Assembly: GCF_004010195.1 (NCBI RefSeq) | Contig: NC_057728.1 | Coordinates: 44,644,279 to 44,708,278, forward strand | From: Chiloscyllium plagiosum | Lineage: Eukaryota | DNA length: 64,000 nt | Direction: 5' to 3' | Shown: positions 12,958 through 24,714 of the stretch, one piece after another | How the letters are laid out: each line of letters opens with the position of its first letter | Numbering within the stretch: the first letter of the stretch is position 1 | Made by a program: the position numbers and the translations under genes | Notes under the pieces: model-generated | What the model saw: only the letters and a program-made list of their open reading frames with translations | Database searches by the model: none | What the model was told of the DNA's origin: nothing

Positions 12958-13241
12958 TTGCCAGAGACCCGGGTTCAATTCCCGCCTCAGACGACTGACT
13001 GTGTGGAGTTTGCACATTCTCCTCGTGTCTGCATGGGTTTCCTCCGGGGGCACCGGTTTCCTCCCACTGTCCAAAAATGTGCAGGTTAGGTGAATTGGCC
13101 ATGCTAAATTGCCCGTAGTGTTAGGTGAATGGGTAAATGTAGGAGAATAGATCTGGGTGGGTTGCGCTTCAGCGGATCAGTGTGGATTTGTTGGGCTGAA
13201 GGGTCTGTTTCCACACTGTAAGTAATCTAATCTAATCTAAT
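12958..13241 (+). mobile_element. HE1-type SINE lacking the A-box end
   Basis: B box GGTTCAATTCC, HE1 body, and tail TTTCCACACTGTAAGTAA(TCTAA)3. Confidence 0.88.
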
Positions 13242-13295
13242 TATTTGGGAACTTGGTTTTGAAAAGTGAAAGAAAAAGGTTTTAGCTTTCAGTTC

Positions 13296-14063
13296 TGTGA
13301 CAGCGACCTTAGTTCCTTTTTAACAAAGGTTCATAAAGTCATTTTGAGCAGTGAACTAAACATAACTTTTCCAATAAAGTGTCTGACTTAAGTTAAGTGA
13401 CTCAATGAGCTACCTTGGGAGTTAACAGACCAATGTTTACAAAGCTGACCTTTATCATCCAGAAACAGATCGTCAGGGGTCACTAGGAGGTGGAAATCAG
13501 AAGAAGAGGAGCCATCCCAACAGAAGGGCAATCTGGTTTTAGTCTGTAAGAGTCTCCAGACTCTTACTTTAATTCGTTGAAGGCTCCACATTGTAAGACA
13601 CGTAGAAATATCCAGGCAGTCAGAATTGAAAAGGAAAAACAAAGCAAACAGAGCTACAAAATCTTCACACTATCCAAGCTGAATCGAAGTCTTTAGCTAC
13701 TTCAGTAGTACAATAAAGAGGGCTTGAAACACAGCCATTTATGTCAGAAATTAAAAAGCTAGTTTATGAAAGATCCTTCAGTAGGGTTGAGTGATTGGGA
13801 TGGGCTTTGCTGGGAAAAGGATTGAATCTTTCTTTTTGCTCTTTATGTTACATTCTTTCTAAATTGTCATACATGTAAATAGCTTTGTTTCATCTTCTTA
13901 CTTAGTAACAACCATCTTTCTTTTATTCAAAGAACATCAAAAGCCTTGTATGTGTGTATTCAGTGATTCATTGCCGTGGAACCAAACTACTAAAATCAAA
14001 CTTCTGATCTACCAAGCCAGGTTTCACTCTGGCCCAGTGTTTCCATCAACTTGAATCCCAACA
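13296..14063. mobile_element. Possible solo LTR
   Basis: Starts TGTGAC and ends CCAACA (TG...CA); the end resembles chondrichthyan LTR ends by recollection only. No TSD or second copy seen. Confidence 0.3.
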
Positions 14064-15627
14064 TCTATGATCGACAATATTCAGGGAGCATCTCTGCTAT
14101 ACAGTATTTTTTTCTCTCTCTAAATCTCCTGGAATGCACTCCTGAACTAGCAAAGCTGAGTAGTACAGCACACTTTCCAAATCACAATTGCTTCTGAATA
14201 TTTTACAACAGAAAGTCAGTATGGCACTAAAGTTCAAGTCTATTATTTCTATCTCTCAGAGAATTTTCAGGAAATTGGAAGAAAAATACAAGGCGTACTT
14301 CAGTTACATTTCCCCAGCCTAGTCATTTGGATATTTCAGAAATACAAACTGGCAGTTGTTGGAAATTACTGTAATATAATTCAAACTTACTCATTTATTC
14401 TATTTTGACTGGCTTAAAAGACACTTCCAACCATGGAATGTTATGGACAGTGTATTATGCAATTTCATATAAAATAACTATGGTGATATTATCTGGATTT
14501 AATCCAACTGCTCTGATCCCACTTGGATTTACATATATGGATATTATAATAAAAGGCATAAAATAATTAATTTACTGGGATTTCACTCTTAAATCTACCC
14601 TTGGCATCCCCTTGTTATCTGAAATGCAATAGCTCAAGTTGCCTTAACATGGAATGTCAGTGAGATTCCTAGAAATAGAGGAGAGTTTCCTTGTATACTC
14701 AGTTTAAAAATTAAATTAAATTAGTAACTCTAGATTCAAGTCCACCTGCAAATGATAATGACTTATTGAAAGGTGCACATTCTGGACCAATTCCAGTCTG
14801 GTTAACTTCCAGATTAAGAAGTTTTCATGTCTTTAATTATTGAGCTTCACTGAAAGATAGATTTACTTAGCTATATTACAGGACATCCAGGTAGAAATTC
14901 AAATACTGTCATGCCATTGAAGCCAATGAAACTAATTATCAAGCATTGTGTGTAACATGCAGCCAATCCGCTTACAATACAATCTGGAGTGAATTTCTAT
15001 CCTAATAAGCTATGCAAAAACTAGAAAATGTAAAAGTTGCTGCAGGAAATTAGGAGTTCTATATATACTAATGGGGAGGGGACGTTCTGTTAAGAATTCC
15101 ATTATCTTTTCATGGAGTGACTTCCAGCTCATATGTAAAAAGACATCCTATGTTTCTCGCTGTCAACTATGTTGCTAATTATCGTAAACCTTTGGTTACA
15201 GACAGTTATTCTTGAAATGGTTTTTACTTCTTTGTTTTATTAAAATCTGTCTTCATTTTGACATCTCTGATATTTTTGCCCTTCTCTGCCTTTGCTCTTT
15301 GAAACACTCCAGCTTCTTAAAATCTGCACAAAGCTGAAGTCTGGTATCTTAGAGACTATTCCAGTAAACGTCTTCTGTTGATTTGTGTCAGCCACAATCC
15401 TTGAAATACTGCCTATTATACTCAAATCCAGGTCTTTACTATACATTACATACTGCAGTGCACCACTGGACAATGTGTGGCTCACCTATGAAATTTTAAG
15501 AGAACTGTATTTGATAATCCAGTCATTATCCAAAATATTAGAAGCAGCAGGGGCTCACTTTCTCCCGCTGGTGGGTAAGATTCCTATCACCTCCATTAAC
15601 TATCATGCAAGTTCTCTACATATGCTA

Positions 15628-15738
15628 GGAGAAAGTGAGGAATGCAGATGCTGGAGATCAGAGTCGAGATTGTGGTGCTGGAAAAGCACAGCTGATCAGG
15701 CAGCATCTGAGGAGCAGGAGAATCGACACTTTGGGCAA
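15628..15738 (-). mobile_element. H1 PLE mini-insert, truncated within hammerhead stem II
   Basis: ggagaaagtgaggaatgcagatgctggagatcagag...ggagaatcgacactttgggc; same family as 24196-24327. No clean TSD. Confidence 0.8.
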
Positions 15739-16306
15739 CTTCATGTTAATTCCTTGTCATTTTAAACTCCAATGTTTACTAGTTCATACCCCACACTATG
15801 TGCTGTCTGTTTATCTTTTACAATGTTCACCTCCCATTTATGTGACTTATACAAAATTGGATATGCAACAGTTAATTTCTTCATCCAAGATATTGATATA
15901 GATGTTGAAAAGTTGAGTTTACAGTGCAAATTCATTGGATCATCATATCTAACATCCTTGTGGGATGCTGAGTAAGGATCTGTTCCCCTTAACAGGGAGA
16001 CCTATAACCTGGGAACATTGATCGAAAATAATTGGCAGAAAGATCACAGAGGAGTTGAGGATTTTCTCACGGAGAAGGTGGTGGGTGTTAATTGTATATT
16101 CATTACATTACTAAGTTATTCAGGTGAATTAGGTGGGTGGAAAGCAGACATGTTTCAATAAAATACTTACAAGAAATGTTTTGGAGACTCATTCCTCACT
16201 TCAATAAGCATTGGATTGAAATATCAGTTGGAATCTAGAACAAACTACCTGAAAGTGTGTTAACAACAGAAACACTTACCATTTTTGAAAAAAAAACTTT
16301 ATATAT

Positions 16307-16619
16307 GATTAGATTCCCTACAATGTGGAAACAGTCTCTTCGGCCCAACCAGTCCACACCAAACCTCCGAAGAGTAACCCATCCAGACCCATTTCTCTCT
16401 GACTAATGCACATAGCTCTATGGGCAATTTAGCATGGCCAATTCACCTGACCTGCATATCTTTGGACTGTGGGGGGAAACCAGAGCACCCGGAGGAAACC
16501 CACTCAGACACAGGGAGAATGTGCAAAGTCCACACAGACAGTCGCCCAAGGCTGGAATGTACCCCAGGGCCCTGTTGCTGTGAGGCAGCATTGCTAACCA
16601 CTGAGCTACCGTGCCGCCC
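16307..16619 (-). mobile_element. HE1-type SINE, full length
   Basis: Minus-strand head GGGCGGCACGGTAGCTCAGTGGTTAGC, HE1 body, CR1-like tail. Confidence 0.9.
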
Positions 16620-17144
16620 TTAGTTGAAGTGCCTTGACTGTTAGAAGATAGGGTCAAGAATTGGGAAATGGGTTTAAACTGGATAGTTCTTTATAAGGCC
16701 ATTCAGCCCATCATGTGCAGAAAGTGTGCATGAGCCACTGTATTTTTGGAGAGACAGGAGAAACACTACCACTCCACATAACCCTATAAAAATAAAACTT
16801 TTAAAAAAGTTTTTGAGCGTTTTTGTGGAGTGCCCCTTTGAGAACGGCTAGTTAGGCTGTTACCATATGCACCATATGAGAGTCTTGTCTGGGTAATTTA
16901 CACGTTGAAAACTGTGGTTAGGGTTCTTGAAATAAATAGTCTCCAAAATTATAATTTTAAGCAAAACAGTTGCACTTTTTTGCTGGGTTGCAAATAGCCT
17001 GAACCTAGACACCCAAGGACTAGTAACAGTATCTCCTGCATTTTAGTCGGCAGTCCTATTAGGTCAGGTAGTTGTTGAAAGCTGCCACTATGCTCTTTTG
17101 ACAATCAGCATTTCACAATATTCCCAAATAGCCAAGCAACGTTA

Positions 17145-17410
17145 ACTTATATTTATATATCACTTTAACATTCCAAGGAATGTCACAGGAGCCTAAGGAA
17201 ACAAAATCGGACACTGAATCAAAAAGACAATGTCAAGGAAGACATCCAAAAGATTGGACAAAGGGGAAGGTTTAATAGAGTGTCTCAAATGAAGAAAGTA
17301 AAGAATCAGAGAGGTTTAGGGAGGGAATACCAGAGCTTGAGTCATGGCAATTAATAGCCTGAAAGTGGGTGTATTTAAGTGACCAGAATTAAATGAACAC
17401 AGATATCTCA
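17145..17410 (-). mobile_element. Ancient L2-like LINE 3' end
   Basis: gagaggtttagggagggaataccagagctt motif recurs at about 27810-27840; similar layout at 24715-24935. Confidence 0.5.
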
Positions 17411-17479
17411 GTGTATTTGACACTCAGAGTATAAACCAATGTATGACAGGGGGCATATGTGGGTTGAAGATGCTGTTGT

Positions 17480-17690
17480 ATTGCCATAGTCTTACCAGAT
17501 TATAGGGGCTGTTCTCTCATTACAGAGAAGTGACCAGTGGTGATTTAACCTGAGGGCCACCAGATCACAGGTGAGTGAAGAGGTTGAGAAGGAGAGTCCT
17601 TCACAGTAACCTCAAACCAGTGACCTCACACTGTTGGTGTCATACTACTCTATAAACCACAAACCAGCCAACAGAGATAAATCAATTCCC
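17480..17690 (-). mobile_element. Diverged tRNA-derived SINE of a different family
   Basis: Minus strand has a decayed tRNA-like head followed by GAGGTTACTGTGAAGGACTCTCCTTCTCAACCTC...CTCAGGTTAAATCACCAC; recognised by pattern only. Confidence 0.45.
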
Positions 17691-18317
17691 TGCCGATGGT
17701 GCAGGAGTTAGAATACAAGTCATTGCAAGTGATACTCCGTGAATGGCTGAATTAATATGAAAGGAGTCAGGAGATAGCAGTCCCACAATAGAGGACAGAC
17801 TATGGTCAATCATGTCAAAAGCCACAGAAAGATTGAAAGGAGTAGTCAACTTTCATCATAGTCAGATGGGATGTAATTTGTGATTTTGACAAAAGCAATT
17901 TTGGGACTGTGTTTGGGATGTAACTTGAATAAAGGGTTTCAATTTCTGGGAAAGTTAAACTGAGATTTTGGAGAATGCAACAAGTCCAAGATCTTAAAGG
18001 GAAACGGCATTGGCAGTGGGAAAGGAATTTGTAATACAATGGAAAACAACTGATAGTTATAAAGTCTTTATTATCAGCAATGTATCATTAAATGAGACAC
18101 TGCATAGGGCAATTCATTTCTCAGACTGCATTGGTCCAATTCAATTGAAACATGCTATGGTAGTACCATTTTAATTTTATAATAATCTATCATTATCTAA
18201 AAGGGAACCAATATTAATAAACCAATAAAGAGCTACTTCAATCAAGTTCCTGAATTCATTGGAATATTGTTAGATTAGGTCATAGTACAGTTAACATAAA
18301 AAGGTGAACAGAATGTC

Positions 18318-18640
18318 CCTCCTATCGGAAAGATGTTGTGAAACTTGAAAGGGTTCAGAAAAGATTTACAAGGATGTTGCCAGGATTGGAGGTCTTAAGC
18401 TATAGGGAGAGGCTGAACAGGCTGGGGCTGGAATGAGCTGCCAGAGGAAGTGGTGGAGGCTGGTACAATTGTAACATTCAAAAGGCATTTTGGATGGGTA
18501 TATGAATAGGAAGGGTTTGGAAGGATATAGGCCGGGTGCTGGCAGGTGGGACTAGATTGGGTTGGGATATCTGGTCGGCATGGACGGGTTGGACCGAAGG
18601 GTCTGTTTCCATACTTTACATTTCTATGACTCTATGACTC
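18318..18640 (+). mobile_element. CR1 3' fragment with an internal deletion of about 200 bp
   Basis: Matches about 5759-5870, then jumps directly to the equivalent of 6071-6273; tail tctatgactctatgactc. Confidence 0.9.
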
Positions 18641-19494
18641 GAAATGATAGTTTTTTGAGAAGGCTGAAACGGTGTTGGCAGTGGGATTGGAGTTTGTAAA
18701 GCAGTGGAAACAAATGCTAATTTTTTGAGAAGGATACTAAATGCAGATTTAAAGGAGAGAGGGACAACATCTGAGGAAAGAGAATCATTAACACTATTAT
18801 TTTATATGGGAATCTGGTAGAGAGTTGGGTGGTCAGCAGCTAAGTCAGATTGAAATATTAACAGAATTTAATAATATCTGTTTATGTCAAAAAATATTAG
18901 CAAGCTTAACATTATAATTTTTTTCATTTAGAACTGCATAATAAGATGCACATTGTCTTGTTTGATAATTTTCTGAAGTTTAAGGCAGTAACTGAAGTTC
19001 AACAGGTCAGTGCAAAGATATTTCTCCCAACAGTCTATAATCATTAATATGTTGGGGCCATGGAGCAACTGGGGATGTATAATAATTGGCTGATCTGCAA
19101 TTGTCAATCTTCAATCTGCTTTCAGTGAAAGTTACTGTCTGAAAAGCATTACTTGGCACAAAATAGAAGGATGACATTTGCATTAAACCTGACCAGAAAT
19201 TGTGTCTTTCTTCAAATCAGTTTTCCCTGCCTTTTTCCTAATGTGAGTTCTGCTGAGTCATATGCTGTCTTGAAACTAATGGATATAAAAAAACAACTAG
19301 GCCACCAATAATTTCAGTGTTTATTTTAAAAGTGAGCAGGACAAGTCACACATGAAAGCAATCCAGAAAATGAAATCAAATGGCATTTTCCTTCTGTATT
19401 TTGAGTCCAGTTAAGTACAAGCATTTTTTTTTGTGTGTTTAGGTATACTCTGGATTTTTCCTTAATTGATTTCAAACAATTCGGATATGAATTC

Positions 19495-19555
19495 AAATAA
19501 AAACAGTAGTTGCTGAAGAAACTCAGTAGGTCTGGCAGCATCTGAGGAGAGAAAG
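19495..19555 (-). mobile_element. PLE terminus fragment (H2-like)
   Basis: ttgctgaagaaactcagtaggtctggcagcatctg matches 39616-39650 and 7334-7368. Confidence 0.6.
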
Positions 19556-19790
19556 TTTACGAATTTAAACCCGATGTAAGTACATCTGTTTATTCAGCTT
19601 CACATAATAAGCATACCATAGGGAATTCACAAAGCAGCTCCATGTATTCCAGCCCTGAAATTATTTCTGAAATCTGTTGCAATCTAGGAAATGGTGGAGG
19701 GGGAGAATTTTCAGCTGCTGGCCAGGCATTTCTCATGTGCAAAATAGGCAGATGATGATCTAGTGCGTACCTTGGATATGCATTTTCCTG

Positions 19791-19980
19791 GAGAAAGTGA
19801 GGACTGCAGATACTGGAGATCAGAGCTGAAAATGTTTTGCTGGAAAAGCGCAGCAGGTCAGGCAGCATCTAAGGAACAGGAGAATCAACATTTCGGGCAT
19901 ACTTATGCCCGAAACGTCGATACTCCTGTTCCTTGGATGCTGCCTGACCTGCTGCGCTTTTCCAGCAACACATTTTCAGC
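19791..19980. mobile_element. Head-to-head (hairpin) H1 PLE mini-insert with 15-bp TSD
   Basis: TSD ATATGCATTTTCCTG at 19776-19790 and 19981-19995; inverted arms meet at TTTCGGGCAT-ACTT-ATGCCCGAAA. Confidence 0.9.
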
Positions 19981-20199
19981 ATATGCATTTTCCTGCCTCA
20001 TTCAATTATCAGATGAGGTAGCTGCCAGTTTTATGAATCTGATCAGTGTTTTATGTAGATTTGCAATGAGCATGCACCGTGCATTCGATTTACTGTTAAC
20101 TGAGACCTAACTATGAATATTGAAAGGCATTACTGCAGACTTTTAGAAAATAAAGTAAGGGTTCATTATTTTTCTTATCAAATATTTTTATAGAGAAAA

Positions 20200-20545
20200 G
20201 TTTGCATTTATAATAGCATCATTACTGACCTCAGGCTGTCCCAAAGCATTTTATGGCCAATTTAGTACTTCTGAAGTGTAATCATTATTGTAATGTTTGT
20301 AGGAAATGCAGCTGCCAAATTATACACAACCAACTCTCACATAAAGTGAAACGAACATAGTTTGATTCTGGATAAATATTGGCCAGAACACTGGGATAAT
20401 TTTCTGACTTCTCAAAATTGTCCCATGGGCACTTTTATACGCACCTGAGAGGAAATGTGTTGAATGTCTGATTGAAAGGCAGTGCTCCAGACTGTACTGG
20501 AGTTCCAACCTAGATTTCATGCCAAATGTCTCTGGTGTGAGACCT
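20200..20545 (-). mobile_element. Deu-domain-type (SacSINE1/AmnSINE1-like) SINE
   Basis: cctcaggctgtcccaaagcattttatggccaat...gataaatattggccagaacactggg...ccatgggcacttttatacgcacctgagagg; related copies at 46490, 47695 and 54860. Confidence 0.65.
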
Positions 20546-21410
20546 ATTGAGGTTGAGCCCTCACAAGCTTATTGACGTGTGTCCTCTTCCACAAGCAAAC
20601 TTACTGCCAGTCAGTTTCACAGAGAAACTGTCTGACTTTCAATCATCTGAAATTGATGGGGATAGGTGCCAACAGTTCACTGATGAAGTTCAAGTGAGGC
20701 ACAATCTGAGCTGGTAGTTGGAAGGTACCTGTCTGAGTTAAATCTGCTGTATGTTTCTTAGCATTTTAAAGACCTGGCTTTTGTCTTCTTTCATTTATCT
20801 TGTCATAAACCTATATTTAATTCTGAGTCATTCCTTAATCTAGGTATCCAATAACTGGGCATCCATTAGTGAAGGTGCACAAAATTTCAAATGTCATTTT
20901 ACTAATGAATGTGAGCAGTTGATAAAAAAAAGATTCATTTTGAGCAAGATTAGCTTTATGTGTAACCAATTGACACTGATTTATTTCTGTGAAATGTTAA
21001 TTTCATCAATTTTTTCTTTCATTTTCTGCTTTTGTTAATGGATATCCACTCATGTTCTTGTGTTATGTTTCCTATTCCATTATCCACATTAACCAATCCT
21101 TAATCCATCCACTCAATTTGTCCATGACCTGATGCTAACAATTTCCTTTGCACTAGTCATTTGCTACACAGGTTAGCAAATCAGGGGAACAAAAAATATA
21201 CGACAGGAAATACTTTGCTCCATATTGTTTACAAGCAGTGTAAACCACAGGGGATATGCAAAACCCTTTGAAGGTGTACCAATTATTCCTGGTGTAGACT
21301 TACAATGAAAGATCGTTCACACAATGGGGCTTGTAGTCAGCTGAGATTGGTGTCATTGGGTTTTCTGGAGTCTTATACTGGTCTTTGCCTCTTTGAAATT
21401 TTGCGATATA

Positions 21411-21552
21411 CAGAGGAACCTCGATTATCCAGCAAGATTGTAAAGTCCCGATATTTGGCTAAACCATGTTATCCAGCATTCAATTATCCGGTGTTTGATT
21501 AACCGAATGAAATACTCCCGCCCATCTCCTTTGGAAAATCAAGGTTCCTCTG
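21411..21552. mobile_element. 142-bp MITE, Tc1/mariner-pogo (Tigger-like)
   Basis: 21-bp TIRs CAGAGGAACCTCGATTATCCA / TGGAAAATCAAGGTTCCTCTG (2 mismatches), flanked by TA on both sides (21409-21410 and 21553-21554). Confidence 0.88.
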
Positions 21553-21748
21553 TACTTGATAAAAGTACTGGCAGACTTTGTGCACTGGTAATCAAACACC
21601 CACGCCGCAGTGTGTTCTGAAAGAATAAGTACAATGAAATGGCAGTAAAACAAAAGATAATGCACTTATTCTGCACAATAATGAAGGAGGATAAGAAATG
21701 GCAAGACACTCGATGAGTGAAATGCCATGCCAGGTCCACATTCTATTA

Positions 21749-21843
21749 TGCTGAAAATGTGTTGCTGGAAAAGCGCAGCAGGTCAGGCAGCATCCAAGGA
21801 ACAGGAGAATCGACATTTCGGGCACAAGCTCTTCTTCAGGAAT
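21749..21843 (-). mobile_element. 95-bp H1 PLE mini-insert with 12-bp TSD
   Basis: TSD CACATTCTATTA at 21737-21748 and 21844-21855. Minus strand reads CTGAAGA-A-GAGC-TTGT-GCCC-GAAA-TGTC. Confidence 0.87.
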
Positions 21844-23199
21844 CACATTCTATTACCTCTATGGGTTACACTTACAATGACATTATACTGGTTTTCATAG
21901 TGAAATTAGCTGCTCAGGAAAGCACAGTAAAACATCCTATTGGCTAGCTTGGCAAAGAAAGCAGCACAAATGTTAATGTAGCTTTTGGGTAAATGGTATC
22001 CAGCAAATTCCAGATCCCATGTATTATGCTGTAATAACAGACATCCTTTGAAATTGCCCATACATATTATGACCTTTCATTTGTCATTACCCTAGCCATT
22101 GTAACGCTGGTGGAATTGCTGTTGATCTATTTAAAATGTATATGCAGCTTATATGGCAACTGTATTTCAAAGGATTTTGTGGGCAAAGAGAAAGATAGTG
22201 AACATTTTTAAATTTTTTCTTTATTTGGACAATGAGCACTAAATAGTGCTGAGCAATTATCATGGATTAGGGGCTGGTTAAGCTTTCCCATAACCACACT
22301 GATGATGTGCTTCATTGTTCATCAGAGCGTACATGGAATTTCAGTTTACCACGTGAACCAGTGCTCTCTGACACTGTTAATATAACGCTAATTAGAGACA
22401 AATTATGTGCATATTTTTGCTACAGTCTTACCCATGAGGAACCTGGTTGTAATTGGTCAAACCCATTGAACGGGACTGTTAGAAACATTGGATGGAGAAA
22501 TGAATGTGTGTTAAATTCAGAAAGAGAGAATATGGATTCATGCATTGTGTCTACACATACTCAATTAGAGGAAATGTTCTGTGGAGAAAGTAAAGCTAAA
22601 GCCTCTTTTAGGGCCACTGTATGGTGTAAAAATTGAATACCATAATTTTACATAATCCTGATATCTTGATCACCATGTTATTACGGTACCATAAAGAAAT
22701 AGTGATAATATATAGATAAATGTGCATTCATTCTAATATTATGCATACCATTTTGTTAATACAACTTCAAACTAGCAAATGTTTTGACTTAGCATGTCTA
22801 CGGTATCTTGCTTTTGAATTACTTTTGACACAGTCAACAACAGTGACAATTTATTATTCCTCCTTGAACAATCAGTAGGGTTAATGAGCCAATGCTGCTA
22901 TCTCTATGAAAACAACATACTATTAGAGAGAATGGTTGGCTTCCTTTATGTAGGGGCCACTGTTGGTTTTGAACCAACTATATTATGATTTCTAGAACTG
23001 GCTTGGTATGAACATCACCAATAGAGAGGTGGTGTTATTGCAGTGTAAGTCCCAAAATAAACACATGAGTCTCCAAAGATTACAGTCATCAAAGCAATAG
23101 GAGCTCGGTAAATTACCACTTATGTTTTCTAAAAATTCATTTTACCACTGACCAAAATATTTTACTTGACATCCTTATTTTCCTTGCAGATAAGTTCAA

Positions 23200-23860
23200 A
23201 AGATCATAAGATGCAAGAGCAGAAGTAGGCCATTTGTTTCATCCAGTTTGCTCTACTATTCAGTGAGATCACAGCTCATCTGTTAAACATAGAACCATAC
23301 GGAACAGAAGAGGCCTTTTGGTCCATCAAGTGTACATGGACAAAAGCTTGTCCCACTTTTCAGTACTTGGCCTATAGGCTTGAACGTTGTTAATTTTAAG
23401 TGCTTGTCCAAATGCGTTTTAGAAGGTTATGAGGTTTTTCACCTCAACTACCCTCTCAGGCAGTGAATTTCAGTTTCTGACCACCCTCTGGGTGAAAATT
23501 CTTTGCCCTCAAATCCCCTCTAAACCATATAAACAAAGTAAAGAACTGCAGAAGGCAGAAATTTGAAATAAAAACAAAAGTTTCTGGAGACTTGAAACAT
23601 TAACTCTATTTTCTCTCCACACATGCTGCCATTCCTGCTGTGTTTCTCCTGAAATTTCCATTTATGTCCCCTCTAAATGCCCTTCCTTTCACCTTAAAAA
23701 TTTTACACCTTGTTATTGACCCTTCAACTAAGGGTAAAAGCTGATTTCTACCTACCTTGTCCTTGCCCCACAACTTTCACATTTTAAACAGGTCCTTTCT
23801 TGGTCAATTCTGCTGTGAATAATACAGCCCAAGCTTATCCAGTCTCTCTTCATAATTGGA
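23200..23860 (-). mobile_element. Old CR1 3' fragments, interrupted by a PLE insert at 23525-23666
   Basis: CR1 tail-like starts (cataagatgcaagagcagaagtaggccatt; catagaaccatacggaacagaagaggcc), then ccaccctctgggtgaaaa...aaatcccctctaaa, resuming after 23667. Confidence 0.65.
23525..23666. mobile_element. Old inverted PLE mini-insert (H2-like) with 11-bp TSD
   Basis: TSD TCCCCTCTAAA at 23514-23524 and 23667-23677. The minus-strand tail (aagaactgcagaaggcagaaatttgaaataaaaac) abuts the plus-strand GAAACATTAAC...atgctgccattcctgctg. Confidence 0.65.
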
Positions 23861-23861
23861 G

Positions 23862-23982
23862 ACAAATAAACGCTCCAGATGCTGGAATCCAAGGTAGACA
23901 TGCAGGAAGCCGAAAGAACACAGCAAGCCAGGCAGCATTAGGAGGTGGAGAAGTCAACATTTCAAGTGTAACCCTTCTTCAG
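23862..23982 (-). mobile_element. PLE terminus with hammerhead motif (family H3)
   Basis: Minus strand reads CTGAAGA-A-GGGT-TAC-ACTT-GAAA-TGTTGAC, followed by ATGCTGCCTGGCTTGCTGTGTTCTTTC...TCCAGCATCTG. Confidence 0.65.
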
Positions 23983-24195
23983 CCCCGGAACCCAAATACT
24001 TCTATTCTGTAGCTTTCTGTAGTCTTTTTCTATTTGAATAATATTCAGCTTTTCTATTCATCCTGCCAGAGTGCATAACCTCATATTTTTGCCTACTCAC
24101 TTAACCTGTGCATATCCCTCTGCAACTGTTTGTGTCATCCTCATCACTTGCCTCTCCACCTATTTCTATGTCAAGCAAACTTGGTGACAGTACAA

Positions 24196-24327
24196 TCATT
24201 CCTGAAGAAGGGCTCATGCCCGAAATGTCGATTCTCCTGCTCCTTGGATGCTGCCTGACCTGCTGCGCTTTTCCAGCAACACATTTTCAGCTCTGATCTC
24301 CAGCATCTGCAGTCCTCACTTTCTCCT
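24196..24327 (+). mobile_element. H1 PLE mini-insert with long 3' end
   Basis: CTGAAGA-A-GGGC-TCAT-GCCC-GAAA-TGTC (24202-24229), the H1 body, and tail CTGATCTCCAGCATCTGCAGTCCTCACTTTCTCC. Confidence 0.87.
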
Positions 24328-24714
24328 CCAAGGTGAGTAGATACTAAAGCATGGTTGTTTCTCGTCGATGGTGAATTGCTAACAGACATTATGTCACTCT
24401 TCAATCTGATCTACTGTCCATAACAAAATCAAAACATTTTGCCTTAATTCTACATTCTCAACTTATTTGGTTAAAATATTATGATGGCTATCCTTATTAT
24501 AATAATGCAAATCTTACGTGATGATTGCTGCTTTTATTACAATTTAGTCTACAGTCTTATGATGTGATTAATTTAGGGAACCATTGTGATTACTTTATAA
24601 AAGTACGAGACTATAGTCAGCGCTGTTGCAAATCTGAGAGTAACTGGATTCAGACCAAGAGATTAAATACGTTCTTCAGCAGTTTTATTCATTTCAGACA
24701 TGGAAAGAATCATG

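Noticed and set aside
19776..19995. CRISPR-like or DNA-transposon (MITE) reading of the direct and inverted repeats
   Set aside because: Direct repeats are single locus-specific pairs of variable length (TSDs), the arms are asymmetric and also occur singly; there is no array or cas gene, and the context is eukaryotic.
22299..22371. Box C/D snoRNA (CTGATGA ... CTGA about 70 nt apart) or hammerhead
   Set aside because: The C box is imperfect, there is no terminal stem, and no stem II-GAAA follows; likely chance.
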